64,000 nt of DNA. Source: Longibacter sp. (GTDB taxonomy: Bacteria > Bacteroidota > Rhodothermia > Rhodothermales > Salinibacteraceae). The stretch spans positions 43,759 through 107,758 of the forward strand of contig NZ_DAXETW010000086.1 in NCBI RefSeq assembly GCF_051155795.1, written 5' to 3'. This document shows positions 51,218 through 62,242 of this stretch, in pieces (the first letter of the stretch is position 1; each line of letters opens with the position of its first letter). The notes under the pieces were generated by a model. It did no database searches and had not been told where the DNA came from. It was given only the letters and a program-made list of their open reading frames with translations. Both the position numbers and the translations under genes were made by a program.

Positions 51218-51292
51218 AAACGGAGTTGCGGATAAGAAGAACGTTGGAGCGCGGCAATGCTCGACACCCCGGACCGGGGATTGACGAAGCGA

Positions 51293-52648
51293 TCAGAACA
51301 TTTGATTGACGGTCAGGATCGTTCGAAGGCCCTCCTCCCCGGTGGCGACTTCGAAACGAAACGCGAGGCGTCCTCCACGGATAACGCGAACGCCGCCCCC
51401 GTAACTGTAGTGGAACCGGTCGACGGCGATGCCTTCGAACTCGTTAAAGACCTGACCAGCGTCGACGAAAGCAACGGCATCCATTCGATTCCAGATTGGA
51501 TACTGGTACTCCGCGTTTGCCACGAGGGCGCCTTCCTCGACGTATCGTTCGAAGACCAGGCTACGTACTGTCGTCTGCCCCCCGATGCCTGGCAGGCGAA
51601 AGAACGGGACGGCCGCGCCGCCGCGGGCGGGCTCCACTTTTTCCATCCGTACCCGCAGGGCAAGACGGCGTGTCGACGGAAGGAACGGGAGCGGAAGATA
51701 CTGCTGGATTTCCGCGGCGTAGCCGACGTACCGGAAGGTGCCCCGACTGAGGTCTTCGGTCGCCTCCCCCTCCAGGCGAACGCGCGTTCCTCGGACGATG
51801 CGCTGCTGCTCGCGCGCGGTTCGGTCAATCGTCCACCCGGTGCGGGCCGTCAGCAAAGCGGTTGCGCGGCCCACGCCTGGCAGCGACACCGGCAGGCGGT
51901 CCCCCAGGTCTCCGTCGGCCCGTTTGTTGAACGTGCGCGAGGCCTCCACCTCGACGTCTCCAACCAACCGTTCCAATGGTTTCAACGTGAGGGTTGCACG
52001 CCCGGATAGCTGCCGCGTGAAGTATCTCGTTTCATCCCGTCGATCGGCCCGGTTCCCGCGGAGAAAATACCGCCGCTCGGGGTTGGTCAAAAACGTGGCG
52101 TTCACCGTAAGGGTCGTGTGCGGTCCGAAGACCGGACCAAAGCGATAGTCGAGGTCCACCTCGTACCGGCTTCGTGACCCGTAGATGAACGACAAACGGG
52201 CGTCGTGCCCGAGGCCCCAGAGGTCGTGGTCAAACACGGCGACACCGCCCTGGACACCCACGGGCCCGCCGAGTTCGACGAGCGGGAGCACGCCTTGCAC
52301 CGGGGCACGCGGCTCGAACAAGGCCGGGTATTCGCGCTCAAGGTACTTCACGCCCCATCCGATGGGCCGCGTCACGCCGTAGACGAGGTATGACGGCGCC
52401 GCCAGCGCGTGGGCCCAGACGCTTCGACTGGAGCGGTAGGGCACCGCGTTCGGATGCTGCGATTTCGACGACGAATCGGCCTCGACGACGTCGGCCGTGT
52501 CGCGAGCGGGAACCGTCGTCTGCGCGACCGTGGCATCAACCGTAAAAACGAGCAGCAACAGAATAAGCAGGCTGACCGTGCGCAGGCGCAACGACGAAAG
52601 CTCCACCAGAGGCGTCAGGCGGGCGACTCGGTCAAAACCGGGACGCAT
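51293..52648 (-). CDS. Omp85 (BamA/TamA) family outer-membrane beta-barrel protein, short with no clear POTRA domains
   Basis: Signal peptide, amphipathic strands, GGQTTVRS loop-6-like motif, EYQYPI, FVDAGQV, YGGGVR, terminal Phe. Confidence 0.82.
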   Translation of the reverse strand: MRPGFDRVARLTPLVELSSLRLRTVSLLILLLLVFTVDATVAQTTVPARDTADVVEADSSSKSQHPNAVPYRSSRSVWAHALAAPSYLVYGVTRPIGWGVKYLEREYPALFEPRAPVQGVLPLVELGGPVGVQGGVAVFDHDLWGLGHDARLSFIYGSRSRYEVDLDYRFGPVFGPHTTLTVNATFLTNPERRYFLRGNRADRRDETRYFTRQLSGRATLTLKPLERLVGDVEVEASRTFNKRADGDLGDRLPVSLPGVGRATALLTARTGWTIDRTAREQQRIVRGTRVRLEGEATEDLSRGTFRYVGYAAEIQQYLPLPFLPSTRRLALRVRMEKVEPARGGAAVPFFRLPGIGGQTTVRSLVFERYVEEGALVANAEYQYPIWNRMDAVAFVDAGQVFNEFEGIAVDRFHYSYGGGVRVIRGGRLAFRFEVATGEEGLRTILTVNQMF

Positions 52649-52850
52649 CGCGACGGGGCGGAACGCCGAGGGGAGGCTTGGTTGCACGGGGAAAAACGAG
52701 ACAAGTATGGTTGAAACCCGGAACGGTCGGTATCTGCATCGGTGCGTACAGCCGAAGTTCCCAGCGTTACAACGCTTGGACGTCCCGGCCCCCGTACCGA
52801 CCCGCCGCGCCTGCGTAACGACCGATTGATATACCGAACCATCACCGTAT

Positions 52851-53471
52851 ATGTCCTCCTCCGCTGTACCGCCCAACCCCGGTGAACTCCTCAACCGATT
52901 CGCCGAGCGTCACTGGAACTTGGCCGCTCGCCATGCCTGGCGCATGTACAACGAGCGGGGCCGCGGGGCAGTCGTCTTTCGCTCGAATGCAGACGGAGAA
53001 CGCGGACGCAAGCTCCCGCTGAATTACCTCACCTTCAAAGCGTCGAAGGAGGAAACGATGGGTACGCAACTGGAGATCGTGCGCCACCTGATCGATACCT
53101 ACGACCCCGAAAAGGAGGCCGTACTCGCTATTAACTTTCGGGACGGTACCACGGTCGTCGATGTATACAAGAAAGAGCCTGCCCCGCCCGACTGCGCCGT
53201 TCAGAACGGCCACTCCAACGAACCCGCACGGGATGCAGCCGATACGGACATGGTCGACTCGCCCGACGAGATCGAAGAGGTGAATGATCCCGACGGTGCT
53301 CGGGGCGACGGGGCGGCCGGCGACGAGCCGGGATTCGACGATCAGGGCAACCCCCTCCCTCCCGACGCGCCGAACAACGGCCCGGAGGATGAACCCGGCG
53401 GCGGCGATGACGACCACCCCGACCTGCCCGACTTCCTCGGCGACGACCCCGACGGCGGCGCGCTCGCCTGA
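52851..53471 (+). CDS. Hypothetical protein with D/G/P-rich acidic tail
   Basis: Globular-looking N-terminal ~105 aa, then a low-complexity acidic region. Confidence 0.7.
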   Translation: MSSSAVPPNPGELLNRFAERHWNLAARHAWRMYNERGRGAVVFRSNADGERGRKLPLNYLTFKASKEETMGTQLEIVRHLIDTYDPEKEAVLAINFRDGTTVVDVYKKEPAPPDCAVQNGHSNEPARDAADTDMVDSPDEIEEVNDPDGARGDGAAGDEPGFDDQGNPLPPDAPNNGPEDEPGGGDDDHPDLPDFLGDDPDGGALA

Positions 53472-53751
53472 CCGTCGTCGCACGGCGTTGCGCCCGTCCC
53501 TGCTCTGCCATATCTGACAGGGGACGGCCGACCCGGGGCTGCCACACCGACCGACGATTCTGCCGTTTCGTCCGCCCCTCCCGGCGGATGAGACGGCTTT
53601 TCTATGCTTTGTGAAGAAATATTGGGTGGGCCGACTCTCTGGATCGGTTGGGTACGCCGTTTGTGTGGGCGCCGAATCGCAACGGCAGCGGACGGTCTCC
53701 GGCTGTTGCATGACCTATCCCCTGTGGTTTCATCAATGATCGAACCGAAGA

Positions 53752-54042
53752 ATGGCAACGTTCAAACCTCTATCTGACCGCGTGGCTGTTCGCCCCGCAC
53801 CGGCCGACGAAAAAACAGCGGGCGGCCTCTTCATTCCCGATACCGCCAAGGAAAAGCCGAAGCGCGGAACCATCCTCGCGGTGGGCCCCGGACGTTTCGA
53901 AAACGGCAACCAGATCGCTATGGATGTGAAGGAAGGTGACGACGTATTGTATGGTTCGTACGCCGGCACCGAGATCACGATCGACGGCGAAGACATTCTA
54001 ATCATGCGCGAGACGGATCTGCTCGGTCGTATCGACGACTAG
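53752..54042 (+). CDS. groES: Co-chaperonin GroES
   Basis: [32 protein letters not shown]. Confidence 0.97.
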   Translation: MATFKPLSDRVAVRPAPADEKTAGGLFIPDTAKEKPKRGTILAVGPGRFENGNQIAMDVKEGDDVLYGSYAGTEITIDGEDILIMRETDLLGRIDD

Positions 54043-54126
54043 TCCGCTCGCGCCGCCCGCCCATCGGGCCATCCCTTCTGCATTCCGGATCCGCTCCCGC
54101 GGCCACCTACTCATTTAACCTGATAG

Positions 54127-55761
<1,635 letters not shown>

Positions 55762-55802
55762 GTCCATCGTCTGAAGCCGTTGTCCGCCAAATCAGGCGGG
55801 AA

Positions 55803-55844
55803 GGAAGCGGGGCGATGTCTTCGGACGACGCCCCGTTTTTCTTT
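55803..55844 (+). terminator. Rho-independent terminator after groEL
   Basis: AAGCGGGGCG...CGCCCCGTTTTTCTTT. Confidence 0.75.
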
Positions 55845-56389
55845 CTCCCGTGAAATCACCCTGGGGATAATACCATGCGCCTACAGGCTATTTCCGAACG
55901 ACAGTCCCCACAAATAAAAACGGAGCCCCAACCGCGCCGCCCGGCGCCTCGAATGGATCCACGTTGCGGACCCGCTCGATGAAGGTTGAGTCTCCGCTTT
56001 CAGCGGCTGCGCGCCGGATCGGCATCCTCACCGCCCACCCGGAGACGCGTCATCGCCGCCTCTCGGTCACCTCCAACTCCTCCAACGACCGTGCCGCCCG
56101 ATCTGAACGTCGTGTGACGCGAGACGCGGGCGCTTGCCGACGTGACCACCGTGCGGTCGCGCACGGTCCCCGTGCCGGATCGCACACCATCGCCGTCCGT
56201 ACCGGCTTCGCGGTGCACGCAGCGGTAGCACTCCGCCGCCCGCCGACCTGAACCTGCTGGCTGCTTAGCGCGCGTACGTACGATCATGTTACGCACCGGG
56301 GTGAACCCACCCGAAGACCCGACGTTGCTACGGATGCACGTATGTTCGTCCACGCCCCCCTTCGTCCGTTCGCATCCGGAAGCATTACT

Positions 56390-57118
56390 ATGCATCTCCT
56401 GCTGTTTGACATCGACGGAACCCTCGTTCGAACCAACGGGTCGACGCGTGCTGCCGTCGAACAGGCGCTTTCCGACCTCGTCGGGCGGCAACTCCATACG
56501 GAAGACGTCCGCTTTTCCGGGAAAACCGATCTCCAGATCATGGCGGAGGTCTTTCACGCGAATAATGTGGAGGCCAGTGAAACGCTTGTACGAGACGCCC
56601 TCGATGTGTACGTGAGCGTGGCCCATCCGGGCATGACATCATCGGATGTGACCGTCCTCCCCGGTGTCCGCGACCTGCTGGACCATTTGCACGAGCGCTC
56701 GGATGTCTGCCTGGGACTTGTCACCGGAAATGTGGAGCCGATGGCTTACCGGAAGCTGGACGTGGTGGAGCTCGGCGCGTACTTCTCGTTCGGCGCGTTC
56801 GGCTGCGACGACGCAGACCGGAACCGGCTCCCCTCCCTCGCCATCGATCGCGCACACAATCACACCGGCATTCGGTTTGAACAAACGAACGTGACGGTGA
56901 TCGGGGACACACGGCGTGACATTGAGTGCAGTCGTGCCTCTGGCGCGCGGGCCGTGGCCGTGTGTACCGGGCATTACTCGCGGCAGGACTTGTCGCCTCA
57001 CAAACCGGATGCACTGTTGGAAGATCTCGCGTCGATCAGTGATGCGCTCGACGCACTCGGCGTGGGATCTCCTCGCTCTCGGAACGGATCGCCGGCCTCC
57101 CCACGAGCCACACGATGA
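56390..57118 (+). CDS. HAD-family hydrolase/phosphatase
   Basis: LFDIDGTL, VTGN, IGDTRRD. Confidence 0.9.
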   Translation: MHLLLFDIDGTLVRTNGSTRAAVEQALSDLVGRQLHTEDVRFSGKTDLQIMAEVFHANNVEASETLVRDALDVYVSVAHPGMTSSDVTVLPGVRDLLDHLHERSDVCLGLVTGNVEPMAYRKLDVVELGAYFSFGAFGCDDADRNRLPSLAIDRAHNHTGIRFEQTNVTVIGDTRRDIECSRASGARAVAVCTGHYSRQDLSPHKPDALLEDLASISDALDALGVGSPRSRNGSPASPRATR

Positions 57119-57765
57119 GGAGCGGTCATCCTGTCCGGGCGCCCGACGGAACGAAGGCTACCGCCTCGGCATTTGCGCGGCGTACAAACGTATGCATACG
57201 GAGCGCGCCGTACCGGGCGAGGTGCATGATGTCTCTTGGCCCGTCGTGGCACGGTCTTTATGCAGGTAATACGGCGACGTGCGGGAGATCGATTTGACCG
57301 ACCGTGGAGCATCAATCCGAACACGGCCGATCGCCCGCCTCTAATCCCTTCATGAAAGCCTCCGACGCCTCTCTGAACCGAGAGCAGGCAGACCGGCATG
57401 CGCCGGCGTTTCCGATGCCCGGTTCCGAAGACGCGGTGAAACCCGCGCGATAGCGTAGCCTTTTGACCTGAAGGTACACCTTTATCTGTATGTTACGCCT
57501 CCGTCCCCTCGCCGTGATGGCTCGAGGGCCGCACCCTTGCGAGGTCTCGACGGACCCGGAGCCGGACGCTTTCGCGGCGAGTTTCGGATATCGCGAATTG
57601 TAATTCCGGCTCCCTTCGCCCTACCATCATTAGCACGTGGAGCGACCTATCCGGTCGGAGCGCCCCATCCCGGCGCGCGATTCGATGGTCTCTCCCCCGC
57701 CTGCCTCCGCACCACCCCGCGGCGGCGGCCGCCCCACGGACTTCAGAAAGACCGGTTAGTTTGCA

Positions 57766-58596
57766 ATGCTCCCTATTTCTGCGCACGGAACGACGTTCCC
57801 CGGACGCCGGGATGTAAATCAGGATGACGTTTTACATTGTTACCCAGGCCCGGACTCGTTCTTTTTTGCCGTCGCCGACGGGATGGGCGGCGTCGCCGGC
57901 GGACAAATCGCCAGCAAGACGGCACTCTCCACCGCGGAGGAATACCTCGAGGAGCGATTCGAGCACAGCGTCGAGGTGGCCGACCTCAAGGACATTCTGT
58001 CCGAGATGTATGACCGGGCCCAGAAGGCCATTCGTGAGGTGACGGAGGAAGACCCGTCCTTGGAGGGGATGGGAACCACCCTCACCTGCGTGCTCGGCCA
58101 CCAGGACCACTTCGTCGTTGGTAACCTCGGAGACTCGCGGGTTTACTACCTGAACGGTGAGGTGATCGAGCAGATCACCGAAGACCACTCCTACCTGCAG
58201 GAGTTTAAAAATAAGGCCGGTAACGACAACCTCGACCCGAAATTCGTGGCGCAGTACGGCCATATCATCAATAAGACTCTCGACGGAAGCGGCGACGAGC
58301 CTGATTTTTTTCCCAGAGACAATCCCGCGTTCCGCCTCGACGGGCACGACGGCTTTCTCCTTTGTTCGGACGGGCTGATTGTCGATAAACTGAAGGAGCA
58401 GGAGCAACTGTTTAAGTCCTACATGCTCGGTACGCCGGATCTACAGACGGCGGCTGAGTCCCTCGTTTCGCTCGCCTACTACTCCGGCTCGACCGATAAC
58501 ATTTCCGTCGTTCTTGCGGAAGCCGGGAGTCTGCAACGAGAACTGGGACGGGTTCGCACCTACCCCTTCCCGCCGAAGCAGCAGGAGCACGCCTGA
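57766..58596 (+). CDS. PP2C/PPM family Ser/Thr protein phosphatase
   Basis: GRRDVNQD, VADGMGG, MGTT, GDSR, CSDGL, DNIS. Confidence 0.93.
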   Translation: MLPISAHGTTFPGRRDVNQDDVLHCYPGPDSFFFAVADGMGGVAGGQIASKTALSTAEEYLEERFEHSVEVADLKDILSEMYDRAQKAIREVTEEDPSLEGMGTTLTCVLGHQDHFVVGNLGDSRVYYLNGEVIEQITEDHSYLQEFKNKAGNDNLDPKFVAQYGHIINKTLDGSGDEPDFFPRDNPAFRLDGHDGFLLCSDGLIVDKLKEQEQLFKSYMLGTPDLQTAAESLVSLAYYSGSTDNISVVLAEAGSLQRELGRVRTYPFPPKQQEHA

Positions 58597-59061
58597 TCCA
58601 GACGGCAGCAGTACGTGAGTATGCGTGTACCTGTGGAACGGCACGATGCAGAGCCCTCGTTGGATCAACCGCCGGGCATCAGGCCCTCGTCCTGCGACGA
58701 CGGGACCCGTACATGATTTTTTCGTTTGCGCACGGCATGCCACACGGGAAGGCACGAAGTATGTGCTGGACCGCGGCTAAAGGCGGTATTTCCTCTGTTC
58801 TGTGTCAGGTTCGCATTGCATCATACGCCTGCCTATATTGCCTCGGATCGGCCGTCGGCGTCATGATTGCATGATGATCGCGTACCGGTTGACCGTAGAG
58901 GCACAGCGTTACTTTGTGGACGCCTGCTGTTCTTTTTCTTCGACGCCTCCGCCGGAGCGTGCCCGTGCGTCGCCTGAATGTCCCGTGCATCATTCCTCAC
59001 GTTCCCGACCGATACCACGCGCACCGGTCGTCAAGATGACATGACTTTGCACGGCCCGCGC

Positions 59062-59110
59062 CTACCGGTCCCGTCGTCTTTTGACCGGTAGCGCATTTGA
59101 CCGTTAGCGC
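59062..59110. repeat. Direct/inverted repeat cluster upstream of the secreted protein gene
   Basis: TTTGACCGGTAGCGC (59080-59094) and TTTGACCGTTAGCGC (59096-59110); CTACCGGTC (59062-59070) is inverted relative to the first. Confidence 0.55.
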
Positions 59111-59186
59111 TGACGCGCCCGACACCGGACCCAACGATCACGTCCGGCCCCATCGCCCCCTATGATTGAGGGTTTTGCTCGTACGA

Positions 59187-60698
59187 ATGAATGCCTTGAT
59201 TGTCCTACTTTCCAGCCTGCTGACCCTCGTCATGTACGCCCCGCTACCTGCGGAGGCGACGGTGATGCCGGCCGGCGGTGCATCCGAACCTGATTTTGAC
59301 GGTTCGATCCGCGCGGTTGCCTGCGAAGACTTCGCCGGTCGCCAGATCAACCTGGCCAATCGCCAGATTCGCCGCAATAATTACACAGCTGCGCTGCGCG
59401 TCCTCCGGACGGCCGCGGAAAACTGTGATATCCCCCGCGTCCGCAAGAAAATCGAGAACACGCTTGAAGACCTGTACGGGTCATTCGGTGGTACGCCCTC
59501 CACGTCGGAGGTTCGCAACTTTCTTCAAGTCGTCGAACAGCAGGCGTACCTGCCGAGCGGGGCGGAAGCGCGGTTTCGTGCGAGAGTAACGGCAGACATC
59601 GAGGCCGCGACCAAGTCATCGTTCGAGAACGGCGATCATGGGCGGGTCAATGCATACTGCACCGCCTTTCCGGACTTCACCGACGCCTCGTTCCCGCAGC
59701 ACTACTACTGCGGCGAATCCGCCCGGCGCGTCCGCTCCTACCGGTCCGCCGCCTCGCGCTACCGGCGCATGTTGGACGGCTGGAGCACGGACCAGAACTT
59801 TCTGACGTGGGATACGGCGGCGCAGCGCCTCACGCGACTGTACCTGGTACAAACCGACTTCGACGAAGCTTTCGGGCTGTCAAAACGCCTGGCGACGCGC
59901 GACGCCGACCCGGAGACCATCATGACCGCAGTCATGGCGGTTCGTGGGCGCATGCTCGAGCCCATCGCTCGTCTCGGGAATCGTCTTCTCGACGGTGTCA
60001 CCGCAAACCGGGCAATGAGTTACGCGAAAACCAGCTTCCCACGGATTCGCTTTCCCGATTACGTCGAAAGCGTGTATACGGTCACCCGAGACCTGCAGGC
60101 AGATGTTGCCTTCTACGGTGCGGATGATGCCCGACTCCCCTCGTCGGAGCTGGTGCGTACGGCGTCCGGAACGGTCTCCCTGCTCACGGCCGAGTCCAGC
60201 CAGCGCGCCTGGCTGATCAGCCCGATCGATACCGGCTACCTGCTCGTGCAGTACAACCGGGACACCGTTCCCGAAGAAAATGTGATTCTCGAATCCGTTC
60301 TGAGCGATGTTCAGCAGGAATCGCACTGGCAGGCCCTGTACGACTACGAATTTACGTCGGCCTATCCCGGGACCGGAAGTGCGGTTGCGACGCTGCTGGG
60401 TGCTGCCTACCTTGCAAGTGATCGGGTGAACGCGTTCAACCCGATTGTCGACCGACTCTCCGTGCTCGACTACTACGCTGTACAGAATCAAAACGGGGAA
60501 GTCACTGCTTCCCATGCGTTCAACCGCGCGCAGATCGACTACACCGACGGTCAATGGTCGAAGACGTCGAAGACGCCCGCGTTGTATCACTACGAAGTCA
60601 CGAAGAACGGCTCCCCTCTCCGCGAAGTCGTCTGGCCGCTCTATGATGGCGAGCAATGGAAGGGCGTCGTTCGTGTCGGGATTACAAGCGAGAACTAA
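59187..60698 (+). CDS. Hypothetical secreted protein (TPR-like helical region; possible Cache/PDC-like C-terminus)
   Basis: Signal peptide; helical repeats with paired Cys; ends REVVWPLYDGEQWKGVVRVGI. Confidence 0.65.
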   Translation: MNALIVLLSSLLTLVMYAPLPAEATVMPAGGASEPDFDGSIRAVACEDFAGRQINLANRQIRRNNYTAALRVLRTAAENCDIPRVRKKIENTLEDLYGSFGGTPSTSEVRNFLQVVEQQAYLPSGAEARFRARVTADIEAATKSSFENGDHGRVNAYCTAFPDFTDASFPQHYYCGESARRVRSYRSAASRYRRMLDGWSTDQNFLTWDTAAQRLTRLYLVQTDFDEAFGLSKRLATRDADPETIMTAVMAVRGRMLEPIARLGNRLLDGVTANRAMSYAKTSFPRIRFPDYVESVYTVTRDLQADVAFYGADDARLPSSELVRTASGTVSLLTAESSQRAWLISPIDTGYLLVQYNRDTVPEENVILESVLSDVQQESHWQALYDYEFTSAYPGTGSAVATLLGAAYLASDRVNAFNPIVDRLSVLDYYAVQNQNGEVTASHAFNRAQIDYTDGQWSKTSKTPALYHYEVTKNGSPLREVVWPLYDGEQWKGVVRVGITSEN

Positions 60699-60755
60699 CC
60701 TGTCGAAGCCCCACCACACATGTCTAACCGGCTCCAACAACGAGAAGTGATCCCC

Positions 60756-61808
60756 ATGAAAAACATTTTGTGGATGATCGCCCTGCTCGCGTTTGCGTTC
60801 TCAATCCCGGCGCAAGCGCAAGAAGAGGTGACCATCAAGCAGATCGTCGAAAACCCGGGCAAGTATTCCGACCAGTCGGTCTCGGTATCGGGGGTCGTAG
60901 ACGAGCACGTGGAAAGCTCCGGCGGTAACAACGCCACGATGAACTACATCCTTCGTGGCGACACGGGAGAAACGCTCCGAGTCCGCACGACGGACAGCCC
61001 GCCCCCGGTCACCTCGCAGGTCCAGGTTGTGGGTGTCGTCTCGATCAGCCCGTTCAATCAGTCGGCCTTCATCGATGAGGACGGTCGCGAGGTTCTCTCC
61101 GGAACGAACTCGCCGACAACTCAGGGAGGCAGCGTAAGCGAGCGCCTGCAGCCCGGCCTCGGTTTCTGGCCTATTTTCGGCCTGACGCTCCTTGGCTTTG
61201 TCGTGATCGCCGCCGTTGGGTATTCGATCTATTCATCCTCTGAGGAGAAAGCCAAGAAAGCAGCCGACGAGGCGCGCAAGCGCCAGGAGGAAGAGCTCAA
61301 GAAGGCTGCCTCGGGCCTGAACAGCACCGACTTTACGACGACGGAGATGGGCGGCGACGGCGATGAGGCCGAGCAACGCATCAAGTCCAGTTCCAGCTCG
61401 TCGGGAAGCGGCAGCGGCGGCCCCGCCACGCTGAAGTTTAAGGCTCCACCGAAAACGATGAAGTTCATCCCCGGCAAGCTGGTCGTAGCCGCGGGCCCGG
61501 ATCAGGGCAAGGAGTTCCGAATCGCCGGTCATCCGACGCCGGAAGGCAACGTGGTGACCATGGGTCGGGCCGAAGTGGAAGGTGAGCGTGCCTTCGCCCA
61601 CATCCAGCTCGGTGACACCTATCGGACCGTCTCCCGCATGCAAGCCGAGATCGTCCAGAAGGATCAGGACATCTACCTGAAGAATAAGAGCACGACCAAC
61701 CCGACGATGGTGAACGGGGACCCGGTCGAAGCGGAAGCCATGGTTGAACTTGACGATGGCGACATGATCCGGATGGGAGAAATGATGCTCCGCTACGAGA
61801 GAGACTAG
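60756..61808 (+). CDS. Membrane protein: extracytoplasmic OB-fold-like domain - TM - cytoplasmic FHA domain
   Basis: Signal peptide AQA|Q, VSVSGVV/VQVVGVV strands, TM, FHA motifs MGR, VSRMQA, STTNPTMVNG, LDDGDMIRMG. Confidence 0.85.
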   Translation: MKNILWMIALLAFAFSIPAQAQEEVTIKQIVENPGKYSDQSVSVSGVVDEHVESSGGNNATMNYILRGDTGETLRVRTTDSPPPVTSQVQVVGVVSISPFNQSAFIDEDGREVLSGTNSPTTQGGSVSERLQPGLGFWPIFGLTLLGFVVIAAVGYSIYSSSEEKAKKAADEARKRQEEELKKAASGLNSTDFTTTEMGGDGDEAEQRIKSSSSSSGSGSGGPATLKFKAPPKTMKFIPGKLVVAAGPDQGKEFRIAGHPTPEGNVVTMGRAEVEGERAFAHIQLGDTYRTVSRMQAEIVQKDQDIYLKNKSTTNPTMVNGDPVEAEAMVELDDGDMIRMGEMMLRYERD

Positions 61809-61882
61809 TCATCGACTCGTTCGCTTCGAGGACATCCGGCCCGCGCACGTAAACGCCCCTCACACTGGGTTTATCTGCCCCA

Positions 61883-61919
61883 AGGCCCGGACTTCCTTCC
61901 GGAGGTTCGGGCCTGCTTT
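61883..61919 (+). terminator. Hairpin after the FHA gene
   Basis: AGGCCCGGACTTCC...GGAGGTTCGGGCCT. Confidence 0.55.
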
Positions 61920-61988
61920 CGAAGAGCCCCCGCGACGGGAACATCCCTTTCTGTCGTAGCAGGCGGCGTTTCAGGGGCGGTTTAAAGC

Positions 61989-62004
61989 TGGCAGACTTAT
62001 TGCT
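61989..62004 (+). promoter_or_regulatory. Sigma-54 -24/-12 promoter (TGGCAGACTTATTGCT)
   Basis: GG-N10-GC with TGGCA and TTGCT, about 240 bp upstream of the kinase gene. Confidence 0.6.
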
Positions 62005-62242
62005 CCCTTACGGGCGACGCGTACTGGTGCGTCCGCACCTGCTGTGCGCTTCCGGAACGGCGGCTTCGCCTTCACCCCACCCCATCGCAATTCGGCGGCA
62101 TGGCGCACGCCTGCCGGCCTTCGAGCGCCGAACAATCGCCTTTCCGGGTCCCTCCCTACATAATCAGTCGTACCGGAGTCTTCGCGCTCCGGCTCCTACT
62201 CGCATTCATCCGGGCCGTTGGCTTTCGCCCCCAACCCACCGG

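Noticed and set aside
49697-51235. 512-aa plus-strand ORF
   Set aside because: Antisense to the kinase-like lipoprotein, which has a signal peptide, ordered motifs and operon context.
55850-56340. ORFs between groEL and the HAD gene
   Set aside because: Low-complexity Arg/Ala/Gly translations on both strands with no credible start or motif.
57247-57263. TGGCACGGTCTTTATGC upstream of PP2C as a sigma-54 site
   Set aside because: Good -24 element, but no GC at the -12 position.
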